Source of the DNA: an uncultured Pseudomonadales bacterium
GTDB lineage: Bacteria > Pseudomonadota > Gammaproteobacteria > Pseudomonadales > Azotimanducaceae
DNA length: 64,000 nucleotides
Assembly (NCBI GenBank): GCA_964519335.1
Contig: CAZFIA010000005.1
Span: 12,249 to 76,248, forward strand
Direction: 5' to 3'
Shown: piece after piece, positions 9,311 to 16,854 of the stretch
How the letters are laid out: each line of letters starts with the position of its first letter
Position numbering within the stretch: position 1 is the stretch's first letter
Notes under the pieces: model-generated
Database searches by the model: none
Told to the model about the DNA's origin: nothing
Seen by the model: the letters and a program-made list of their open reading frames with translations, nothing else
Program-made: the position numbers and the translations under genes

Positions 9311-9331
9311 TCGGCAAGCGTATGCCGAATG
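9308..9331 (-). promoter_or_regulatory. hairpin enclosing the murA-like start codon
   Basis: The mRNA-sense sequence CAUUCGGCA-UACGCU-UGCCGAAUG has a perfect 9 bp stem. The last three nt are the AUG start codon. Confidence 0.35.
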
Positions 9332-9428
9332 GCCAAGTCCTATGTGTCGATTCTGTGCAACGGTTGAGGCAAAAAGGTGCAGCTTCCTCGGCGAGTAATA
9401 CGCGATATCTGCATCAGAAGATCAGTAA

Positions 9429-10331
9429 CTAAGGGCGCACGGTGTAGCGAGGAAGAGGGTCAGGACTCGGCGGTGGATTCAGCGGAGCATCTGCAATCAG
9501 CTCAGCAAATATTTTGGCGTACCCCTGAACCTCCGAAGCCAGCTTCGTACGCTGTGTTTCTTTTAGACTAGCCAGTAACTGGAGCGTCAGCTCTTGATAA
9601 ATCACTTCGTTGACTTCAATCATTTCCGCGAATTCAGGTGTGTAATGCTGATCGAAATTCAGCAGGAGGTCCTCAACGAGCGCAACATCAGGAGGTTCCA
9701 ACTGAAGTGCTTTCAACAGTTTGCTCTGCCACTCAAGCCGATAATCCAAAATTACTTGCGCGTCGGGGAGCATTTCCAGATGCTTCTCGAGAATCAACGC
9801 CTGCTGTTCGTCTGATAATCGACCAACAAATCTTCGCAGAAACCTAGCGTAGTCTTTCGCCTCTGCTTTTGCGTAATCGTCTGGGTCGCGTTTCGCCTCT
9901 CGCTGGTATTCGCGGTTCGATTTCACAAGCGCTTTATCAAAGGATCTCAATTGCTTAGGGGAAAGGGAAAGCAAGACATCCACCCCAATCGGGGCAGCCC
10001 TGGAGGTTAACGCAAGGCCCCACAGCTCAACCTCCTCGACAGTTTCTTCCAACCGGTCAGCATCCAGTGTTTGAGACTCAATAGCATTCGAGACTCTAAG
10101 CAACTCATCTCGATAAACAGCGAGCTGGGTAGTTCGATGCCAGTACATGAGTTCAGCGCTGCTCGCATTAAAATAGGCGCGCTGTGCTTTATCCATATCA
10201 ATGTAATCGCTCACCCACCACCGCGCCAATCGGTCGGCGTTGTTATAGAAGAGCTTTACTCCACAACCCTGACTAATTAGGCAGATGACAATGAGATAGA
10301 CGCATCGCACATGTGCGGAAGAACAACTCAA
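9429..10331 (-). CDS. lipoprotein, DUF6279-like
   Basis: 300 aa. The signal peptide ends ...CLISQGC. The following KLFYNNADRLARWWVSDYIDMDKAQ resembles DUF6279-family lipoproteins. The TTG start overlaps the upstream stop (TTGA). An alternative GTG lies at 10310. Confidence 0.6.
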   Translation of the reverse strand: MSCSSAHVRCVYLIVICLISQGCGVKLFYNNADRLARWWVSDYIDMDKAQRAYFNASSAELMYWHRTTQLAVYRDELLRVSNAIESQTLDADRLEETVEEVELWGLALTSRAAPIGVDVLLSLSPKQLRSFDKALVKSNREYQREAKRDPDDYAKAEAKDYARFLRRFVGRLSDEQQALILEKHLEMLPDAQVILDYRLEWQSKLLKALQLEPPDVALVEDLLLNFDQHYTPEFAEMIEVNEVIYQELTLQLLASLKETQRTKLASEVQGYAKIFAELIADAPLNPPPSPDPLPRYTVRP

Positions 10332-11056
10332 TGTGAGCTACTAGTCTGAGCCTTACTTTGGCCGGCGAAAAAATTCACCAACCAATGCCCCATAACAGAC
10401 TGGTCAATAGAATGAGAGAGCGAATCTAACCCCGATTCAAAAACCTCTTCACCCAGAAGGTCCTTTCGGAAAGTCATGAGTGATCGCGCGTATTCCCTTC
10501 GAAACTCTGGATGTCCTTGAATCGTCAAAGTGTGATTACCTACCGTAAAGCCTGCGTTTGGGCAAAAAGTGTTGGTAGCGTACAAGGTGGCGTCGGGAGG
10601 CAGCTCGAGCACCTGATCCTTGTGACTTGATAGCAGACTCAATCGCTCCGTGGGAGGCGTCATCCAATAGTCATCTTCAATAATGTCACAACTGTGTACA
10701 CCTACAGCCCAACCTTCTTCCGCAGCGCCCACCCTACCTCCAAAAAAGTGGGCAACAAGTTGATGACCAAAACAAATTGCGGCCAATTTTATCTCTTGTT
10801 CTCTTAGTTGGCCGACAAAGTCCACCAGAGGGGGAATCCATGGAAGGTCATCGTAAACACTGTCTCTCGAGCCAGTGATTAAGTAGCCGTCGCACTGCGC
10901 CGGGTCAGGAACGTTGCCGCTTTGAACATCGTAGACACTGATTTGTAAAGAAGGATCAGCGCTGAGCAGTAGATGCTCAAACATATCGGGATAGTCTCCA
11001 TGTTCCGCGATGAACTCATCTCGTACTGAGTCGACTTTTAGTATTCCTAAATGCAT
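10328..11056 (-). CDS. class I glutamine amidotransferase-like protein (GMP synthase-type GATase domain)
   Basis: 242 aa with the catalytic triad context LAAICFGHQL (Cys) and GHPEF (His). Confidence 0.8.
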   Translation of the reverse strand: MHLGILKVDSVRDEFIAEHGDYPDMFEHLLLSADPSLQISVYDVQSGNVPDPAQCDGYLITGSRDSVYDDLPWIPPLVDFVGQLREQEIKLAAICFGHQLVAHFFGGRVGAAEEGWAVGVHSCDIIEDDYWMTPPTERLSLLSSHKDQVLELPPDATLYATNTFCPNAGFTVGNHTLTIQGHPEFRREYARSLMTFRKDLLGEEVFESGLDSLSHSIDQSVMGHWLVNFFAGQSKAQTSSSH

Positions 11057-11200
11057 GGAAACATCCGACAGTTATATTCGGGAATGGACAATCAGGAGAT
11101 CGCCTCAGTTCCCACGCATTCTGCCCAGCGAAGGAATCGAGCGCAAAGAAGAGATCAGATGGCTCTGCTGGCTTATCCCAAGCGATCTGCTATCTCAGGA

Positions 11201-11257
11201 TCGATTTCTGGACAGCCAGGTTTTGCACGATCTCGCTAGAAATATTGGACAGCCGAC
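11201..11257. repeat. dispersed GGACA(G/T)CC repeat cluster (2 copies, + +)
   Basis: GATTTCTGGACAGCCAGG (core 11210-11220) and GAAATATTGGACAGCCGAC (core 11247-11257). Confidence 0.8.
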
Positions 11258-11580
11258 GAATCCCGGGCCCAGCGGGCCAAAAACCACTCCACGAACCGCA
11301 ATCTGTGGATAACTCTGAGGATAAGCACAGCCCTTCCGGCAATAGCACTGGAAACACAAAACCGATGCAGGTACCACAATTAGTTCAAAGATTAGATTAT
11401 TTTGTTTTTTATCAGCTAGTTAGCGGAATTCTAACATACGTTTACTCACCTCCAAACAGCCCTCTAACAGGTCTGTGAGCCTTCTCGTACGCTTGTGCAT
11501 AACGCATTTAGAACGCACCTCACCCCCCAAAATTGGCGTCAAAACTGTTCGAGCTTCTGGAGCTCCCGTAGTTTAGGCGG

Positions 11581-11934
11581 CTAGAGCCCAATAGCGTTGA
11601 TTGACTGTCCAGCAACCAAAATCGCCAAAGCCAAGGAAACGCCAAGCAAGGTACGCCAGAGCGCGACCGAAATCCGAGGCGATGGCGGGCTGTCCGAAGA
11701 TTCTAAGTCGACATTCGTTTCTTCCGACTGGTTCATAGCGGTCTCTTCAACCATCGGAAGTAAGTCCCCAGCCGACCGGGCTTTCACTTGTGGTTCGGCA
11801 AAGGTGATGTGCAGTTCTTCGATTATTTCACGTCGCGCACGACGGTATTCTTGTCGCGAGATTCCCCCGGCTCCATGCGTCCTCGCAAGCTCACGCAGAT
11901 GGCGAGCCGCGGGTTCCAGTTCTAAAAAGCTCAC
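11581..11934 (-). CDS. hypothetical protein with a C-terminal transmembrane anchor
   Basis: 117 aa ORF. It has an arginine-rich helical N-terminus, an acidic linker and the hydrophobic tail WRTLLGVSLALAILVAG. It is co-directional with the PP2C gene. Confidence 0.45.
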   Translation of the reverse strand: MSFLELEPAARHLRELARTHGAGGISRQEYRRARREIIEELHITFAEPQVKARSAGDLLPMVEETAMNQSEETNVDLESSDSPPSPRISVALWRTLLGVSLALAILVAGQSINAIGL

Positions 11935-12025
11935 AAGCCTGACACCTCAACAACGGACTGGCGTGTGTGCCGGACCTCATCGGCAACACCACCATCGAAT
12001 TCAGTTTCTGATAGTCGAACAAAAA

Positions 12026-12346
12026 TCAACCTGACCGGACCTTTTGAAGAATCAATACTAACGGATCCAGCCCTGGTGCCAGTAGTCGCATTAGCCAGGG
12101 AGATTCTTCCAACAGCTCAGCCTGTAAATTAGCGATACTTGATAACCTGTGCTCTTGCTCAAAAACCATCGCCTGCGACGAGAAAGGCCAAGCCGCGTTC
12201 TTTGTAAGCCCTTTAAGGTGCTCCCAGAATAATTCCAGAAATACCCGGAGGTGGCTCAATTCTATGGCGATGATTGGGACATCTCCTTCCTGATCGAAAT
12301 CGACTATTTTCAGAATTTCGTTGTGCGATAGAGGCTGGCTGTCCAA
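12026..12346 (-). CDS. hypothetical acidic protein
   Basis: 106 aa ORF with no recognisable motif. Its TTG start lies inside a copy of the dispersed repeat, so the start and possibly the gene itself are doubtful. Confidence 0.3.
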   Translation of the reverse strand: MDSQPLSHNEILKIVDFDQEGDVPIIAIELSHLRVFLELFWEHLKGLTKNAAWPFSSQAMVFEQEHRLSSIANLQAELLEESPWLMRLLAPGLDPLVLILQKVRSG

Positions 12347-12544
12347 TTCTTCTACCCCACGCAGCTCATTGGCGTAGCAACCGCCCCAATACCACCACTA
12401 CCAAGCTCTTCTCGCTTCACCAGCCAGGATTCAGGTATCACAGGAGAAAGAGCGGCAACCCGCGAGCGCAATTGGGCGGCAGAGAGGATCCGCAGTTGCG
12501 ATCGGTCATTAGCCTCGGCCGCGGCCCAGTCTATTCCCGCACGA

Positions 12545-13291
12545 TCAATGGAAAACATGTTCAAAACCACGCAGCGCCAGAAAGGAAATGTTGTCTCGAG
12601 CGGGCCGAGAAAGTGCAAGCTCAATAAGCTCGGACGCGGCAACCTCAAGGTCAGGTTGAGTGAGTATTTTACCTATTTCGCAATCAGCCACTTCACGATA
12701 CAAGCCATCTGTGCAAAGAAGTAAAGTGTCTGTCGACTCCAGGTCAAACACCGCAATGTCCAGTTCAAGGGGGCGCCGTCCGCCAACAGACCGAGTTATG
12801 ATGTTTGTATTAGCAGCAAGAGCTTCATCCTCAGTTATCGCCCCAGAATCGAGTAGATCAGCTATCGGGTTATGGTCGCGGGTGACCACCTTCAGGCAAC
12901 CACGACGCAATCGATACAAACGACTATCACCGGCCCAGAGGACCACACCTGTCGTACCTTCGATAGTTAGGCTCACCACCGTAGACCCAATAACGGCGGA
13001 AGGCCCTATCTCCTTTGCCTGTTTACGCAGCGATTGATGCGTGATTACCAACCGATCTTCAATCCAGTCCACTCGATCAGCGAGCGTATGACCCGTCTTT
13101 AGATCCGAAGGTTCGGGTACCAAGGCTTCGGCGACCGAACGACTGGCTACCTCACCCGCCGAATGGCCACCCATCCCATCTGCGACCACCCAAATAGATT
13201 CTCTGGTGCAGGCCATCACAGCGTCCTCATTGACCCGCCGACGGTTTCCCGGATGGGTCCGACTCGCTGAAAGCCAGGGCCGCTCATGCAT
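12545..13291 (-). CDS. PP2C-family Ser/Thr protein phosphatase (Stp1/PrpC-like)
   Basis: Motifs RRVNEDA, VADGMGGHSAGEVAS and LLLCTDGL. I chose the start at ATG 13291 (MHERPWLSAS...). The track ORF extends 41 codons further upstream. Confidence 0.85.
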   Translation of the reverse strand: MHERPWLSASRTHPGNRRRVNEDAVMACTRESIWVVADGMGGHSAGEVASRSVAEALVPEPSDLKTGHTLADRVDWIEDRLVITHQSLRKQAKEIGPSAVIGSTVVSLTIEGTTGVVLWAGDSRLYRLRRGCLKVVTRDHNPIADLLDSGAITEDEALAANTNIITRSVGGRRPLELDIAVFDLESTDTLLLCTDGLYREVADCEIGKILTQPDLEVAASELIELALSRPARDNISFLALRGFEHVFH

Positions 13292-13434
13292 GACTAAACC
13301 TGAGCGTGTTTTCGGAGGAAGCATGTAGGCCAGGCAGGACCAGATCAGGGCAGATAGGTAAACCTCTGCAGAAACTCGCATTAGGCTGGCCCGCACATCG
13401 AAACATGCGACCACACCAATACAAAGCTAGTTCA

Positions 13435-13703
13435 GGACATCCAAGATATGGCTTCTTAGTGAAGTGTTCAGATGTTAGGGAGTCCATCAGCACTCCTTGT
13501 CCAATAGAAGTTTTTAGAGCAAATCGAACGCACCGCGCAATCCCGTGGCGCATGAGTATCTACTGAGAGCATAGGTGAGCGTCGCCGCGAGAAATGCGAC
13601 CCCGTTCACAGTGGCTACCAGATAAGGACATCCATCGAACGCTGACTGCAAATTCCATCGAGTTGATTAACGTTTATGGGCGAACCAAAGCTGGACATCC
13701 AGA
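13435..13703. repeat. dispersed GGACA(G/T)CC repeat cluster (3 copies, all +) upstream of the RayT-like gene
   Basis: GGACATCCAAG 13435-13445, GGACATCCATC 13625-13635 and GGACATCCAGA 13693-13703. A possible degenerate GGACAATC copy lies at 13746-13753. Confidence 0.8.
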
Positions 13704-13780
13704 CTTCGCTCCTTGATTCGTAACAGAACACAACCTTAACGCTATGGACAATCTCTTAAGGTCATTCGAAGCAACGTCCT

Positions 13781-14764
13781 ATGAAAAGCGAAATCTCACT
13801 GACGCATTATTCGTCCATGACTTACCCTCGAGCCCACCTCGTAGATCAAAAAAATGGCGGTTACTACCACTGCATTTCTCGTTGTGTTCGTCAATCCTGG
13901 CTTTGCGGGACCGATCATCAGAACGGGAAATCTTACGAGCACCGACGCGGCTGGATCGCCAGTCGAATTCAGCTTCTAACCAACCTATTCGCCGTCGACG
14001 TGTACGCCTACGCGATAATGAGCAACCACTACCACATAGTGGTTAGGCTTGACCCAAAAAGAACTAATAAATGGACAGACAAAGACATTGTTGATCGTTG
14101 GTTAGCAAGATCGGGTACAAAGAAATCAAAGAGATATCTCCGCGAACAAAGTAAACGTCTTCTCGAACAGCCCAATAAAATCAATCAAATCAGAAGTCGA
14201 CTAGGCAGTCTCTCCTGGTTCATGCGCTTCATCAATGAACCCATCGCTCGCAGTGCTAACGCCGAGGATGAATGCGCTGGACGGTTTTGGGAAGGCCGTT
14301 TCAAATCTGTAGCGCTGCTCGACCGGACGGCTTTGTTGGCTTGCATGGTTTACGTGGACCTAAACCCTGCAAGAACTAGTTCCAGAGCCAAGATTCCCTC
14401 CCTCCACACCAGTGCGCATCAGCGTGCTCGAAATAGTAAGAAGAAGCTGGCCAATTTTGAAGATATAGACACAACTCTTAGGGAGTACGTCGATTTACTT
14501 CGTTGGACTCGAATACAAAACCAGAAAGCGGAAGATCAAACAGCGACGAGTAAACCAAACCTACTAGATAGCATCAACCAAGATTCACAAAATTGGTTGC
14601 AATGGGTTAGCTCTTTTTCCTATTGGTATCGGGCGTACGGTTTGAGAAGAGCTCTCGATAACTACACTCTAAAACTCGGACAGTGTTGGCTACAAACACC
14701 CGAGTTGAGGAAAATGGATTTGGGTAACAGGCCTGGGTTTGGTCGCGCGACCGCTAGTGCATAA
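13781..14764 (+). CDS. REP-associated tyrosine transposase (RayT/TnpA_REP)-like HUH Y1 protein, long form
   Basis: 327 aa. It carries GGYYHCISRCV, the HUH motif in MSNHYHIVV and a YVDLNPAR segment, typical of IS200/IS605-type Y1 transposase domains of the RayT group. An alternative start lies at ATG 13817 (MTYPRAHLVD). The gene looks visibly more A/T-rich than its neighbours. Confidence 0.8.
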   Translation: MKSEISLTHYSSMTYPRAHLVDQKNGGYYHCISRCVRQSWLCGTDHQNGKSYEHRRGWIASRIQLLTNLFAVDVYAYAIMSNHYHIVVRLDPKRTNKWTDKDIVDRWLARSGTKKSKRYLREQSKRLLEQPNKINQIRSRLGSLSWFMRFINEPIARSANAEDECAGRFWEGRFKSVALLDRTALLACMVYVDLNPARTSSRAKIPSLHTSAHQRARNSKKKLANFEDIDTTLREYVDLLRWTRIQNQKAEDQTATSKPNLLDSINQDSQNWLQWVSSFSYWYRAYGLRRALDNYTLKLGQCWLQTPELRKMDLGNRPGFGRATASA

Positions 14765-15608
14765 AGTTGAACATTCGCCTTCGGAAGGTAGTTGCCAGCG
14801 CATTTCCCTGAGGCAATAAGTCAAAAATTCTCAACATCGTAAGCCGACCAATGTCGTCTCTAAATTTTCGATCTGCGCAGAGAATTTCGAGTGCAGACTC
14901 TAGCGCCTCCTCGATCTTGTTCTCAGCCGCGTAGCAAACTGCCAGGGAATACTGGGTCTCTAAATCCCCTGTTTTTTCAGAAAGCTGTTCCTTCAGAGCG
15001 TCCAGATCACCGAGATCGGATGCTTCCTCAACAAATAAAAGCCGCGCCCGAGGACGAGCAACGTCGGGAACATCGTCACCTATCCCAGCCAATACTGACT
15101 TTGCCTCATTGGTATTTCCCAGAAGGATCAACACATCAGCTAACTCAACCCGAAACGCAGCGTTTCCGGGTTCTTCTTCGATGGCGCTCTTTAAGATAGC
15201 CAGCGCAGCATCAAAATCCTTAGTCTCGAGCAAATCAGCAAGTTGCTCCTTCAACACCTCGGCACTAGAAAGCGTAAGCCGATCGCACAGCGCAATTAGG
15301 GCTTCTTCGGGCTGCGGGCCGTCTATCTGCTCCAACAACTGACCATCTTTGACTACTCGAATACTTGGCAGCGTCTGAACCTGAAGGTGCTGAGCGAGAG
15401 ACTGATCTGATGCGACGTCAACGAGAGCAAGCAGGACTTTTCCCGACCGCGCGTTTACCTGGGTGTCCAAAAAATCACGGGCAGCTACCGTTTCCGGCAT
15501 CTGCTCGGCCCAAAACAATACGATGACGGGAAGCTCGTTCGAACGCTCGATGACATCGGATTGGAAGTTCTGTGGATCGGCCGGAAAGACTGAAGGAATC
15601 GCGTTCAC
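14754..15608 (-). CDS. cnoX: thioredoxin-domain/TPR co-chaperone (YbbN/CnoX family)
   Basis: 284 aa. An N-terminal thioredoxin-like domain without a CxxC (PVIVLFWAEQMPE) is followed by TPR-like helices. GPQPEEAL matches E. coli YbbN. Confidence 0.8.
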   Translation of the reverse strand: MNAIPSVFPADPQNFQSDVIERSNELPVIVLFWAEQMPETVAARDFLDTQVNARSGKVLLALVDVASDQSLAQHLQVQTLPSIRVVKDGQLLEQIDGPQPEEALIALCDRLTLSSAEVLKEQLADLLETKDFDAALAILKSAIEEEPGNAAFRVELADVLILLGNTNEAKSVLAGIGDDVPDVARPRARLLFVEEASDLGDLDALKEQLSEKTGDLETQYSLAVCYAAENKIEEALESALEILCADRKFRDDIGRLTMLRIFDLLPQGNALATTFRRRMFNFMH

Positions 15609-15667
15609 TGGATGCTCAATGCCGGGTGTAAACGCCTACTCTAGCAAAAAGGGGGTGCAGAAAGAGT

Positions 15668-15705
15668 AAAGCCAGACGCAGGCTTTTACACCCACGTCTG
15701 GCTTT
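15668..15705. other. perfect 11 bp inverted repeat (hairpin) in the cnoX-MBL spacer
   Basis: AAAGCCAGACG (15668-15678) and CGTCTGGCTTT (15695-15705) are separated by a 16 nt loop. AGTTTTT follows on the + strand. Confidence 0.5.
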
Positions 15706-15902
15706 AGTTTTTGGCCCCTTCCCTGCGGCTCGAGAAGAACAATAGTCGGTTCAACGCGATCCCACATACCCCATCTGGTGTATATCTCTCGAATGAGTGA
15801 ACAATTCGTACGGTGATAAGGTCTTCCAGGAGACAAAACGGCGGGGATAAGTGGCGGTTTGAGAACAACCAGGCAAGGCCCCTAACGATCGTTCTGAAAA
15901 TC

Positions 15903-16055
15903 TGGACATCCAACATCTAACTTGGAATTGCCTGGATGTCCAATATTCCACCTCTTGGGAATTCCTTGGGGCCAGTATTTGCTCTTTGCTTAGCTGTCCC
16001 GAATTGCCCTCTTTGCTTGGCTGTCCCGAATTGCCTGGCTGTCCCGAATTGAACC
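15903..16055. repeat. dispersed GGACA(G/T)CC repeat cluster (5 copies: an inverted doublet plus a 26-27 bp tandem array)
   Basis: TGGACATCCA 15903-15912 and its exact complement TGGATGTCCA 15933-15942. Tandem units CTTTGCTTAGCTGTCCCGAATTGCCCT (15984-16010), CTTTGCTTGGCTGTCCCGAATTGCCT (16011-16036) and the partial unit GGCTGTCCCGAATTGAACC (16037-16055). Confidence 0.88.
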
Positions 16056-16083
16056 TGCCAAATCGATCCAAACCAAGGCGAAC

Positions 16084-16854
16084 CTATAAGACCAAGTCGC
16101 CCGACGGCACCGTCTGCCAGCTCACTCCAGAACTTTGGCTGGCATATTCGATCGAAGCTACGCGGCCTCGAAAACTCGAGAAAGATTGCTCGATGATCTC
16201 AAGGTCGTTGTTCGCCTCACTAATGTGCCCGATGACCACCCGCAAGCCGCTGTGACCAATTGCTTCCAACAACTCAACAGCCTGCTGGTTATTGAGATGC
16301 CCGTGGAGACCACCCACTCGTCGCTGCAAATAAGGCGGATATCGACCAGACCTGAGCATCTCAAGATCGTGATTACTCTCCATCAGCAGGAGATCACAGT
16401 CTTGGTAACTTGCTATCACGTGCGGCGTCACGTGGCCCAGGTCAGAGAGAACCCCTACCTTCACGCCATCATGTACAAACACGAATTGCGTTGGTTCACG
16501 AGCATCATGCGGCACTGCGACGGGCACCACCTGAACGTTGCCTACGGCGAAGGATTCATGAGAGTCAAAACTGTTGGCAGCAAATGGAAAATCCATTGCC
16601 TTCAATGTTCCGTGGGAAGCGTAGACGGGAATGTTGAACTTGTGAGACAGGGTTTGAACACCCCGCATATGATCGGAGTGTTCATGAGTAACAAGCAGCG
16701 CCGTGATATCACCAGGAGCGAGGTCGAGTCGTGCAAGCCTTGTGGCCACCTGCCTCGCGCTAAAGCCGCAATCCACTAAAAATAGCTGGTCACCTAGCTG
16801 TACGAGAGTTGCATTGCCCTTGCTCCCGCTGCCGAGAGAGGCCAGGCGCATCAA
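16084..16854 (-). CDS. MBL-fold metallo-hydrolase
   Basis: 256 aa with the HxHxDH motif (THEHSDHM). A 4-nt overlap with bamC suggests a dapA-bamC-MBL operon. Confidence 0.85.
   Translation of the reverse strand: MMRLASLGSGSKGNATLVQLGDQLFLVDCGFSARQVATRLARLDLAPGDITALLVTHEHSDHMRGVQTLSHKFNIPVYASHGTLKAMDFPFAANSFDSHESFAVGNVQVVPVAVPHDAREPTQFVFVHDGVKVGVLSDLGHVTPHVIASYQDCDLLLMESNHDLEMLRSGRYPPYLQRRVGGLHGHLNNQQAVELLEAIGHSGLRVVIGHISEANNDLEIIEQSFSSFRGRVASIEYASQSSGVSWQTVPSGDLVL

Noticed and set aside
12352-12648. The 98 aa ORF overlapping the 3' end of the PP2C gene as a confident gene.
   Set aside because: Its first 30 codons overlap the phosphatase in another frame. A shorter version (ATG 12558, 68 aa) is possible but has no recognisable features. 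I mention it only as a possibility in the PP2C finding.
16011-16040. Sigma-54 promoter reading of TGGCTGTCCCGAATTGC, or a DNA-uptake-sequence interpretation of the repeat.
   Set aside because: The TGGC to TTGC spacing is 9 nt instead of the strict 7 nt of the -24/-12 consensus, and most copies lack the TTGC. Uptake sequences are normally also abundant inside genes and are not arranged in local tandem arrays. Neither explanation fits, although uptake bias cannot be excluded without genome-wide data.
15984-16055. CRISPR array interpretation of the tandem 18-27 bp units (also at 24481-24564 and 29303-29338).
   Set aside because: The units abut directly with no unique spacers, there are only 2-3 units per array, no cas genes are present in the window, and the same core occurs singly on both strands elsewhere.
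15751-16255. ORFs of 89-106 aa (15751-16071 minus strand, 15986-16255 plus strand) and similar ones at 6432-6714, 11010-11478 and 24419-24604.
   Set aside because: They are translations of the dispersed repeat and its tandem arrays (recurring GCPEL/GCPEF, GQPS and DIQD strings). They have no start context and overlap each other in several frames. I treat them as non-coding.
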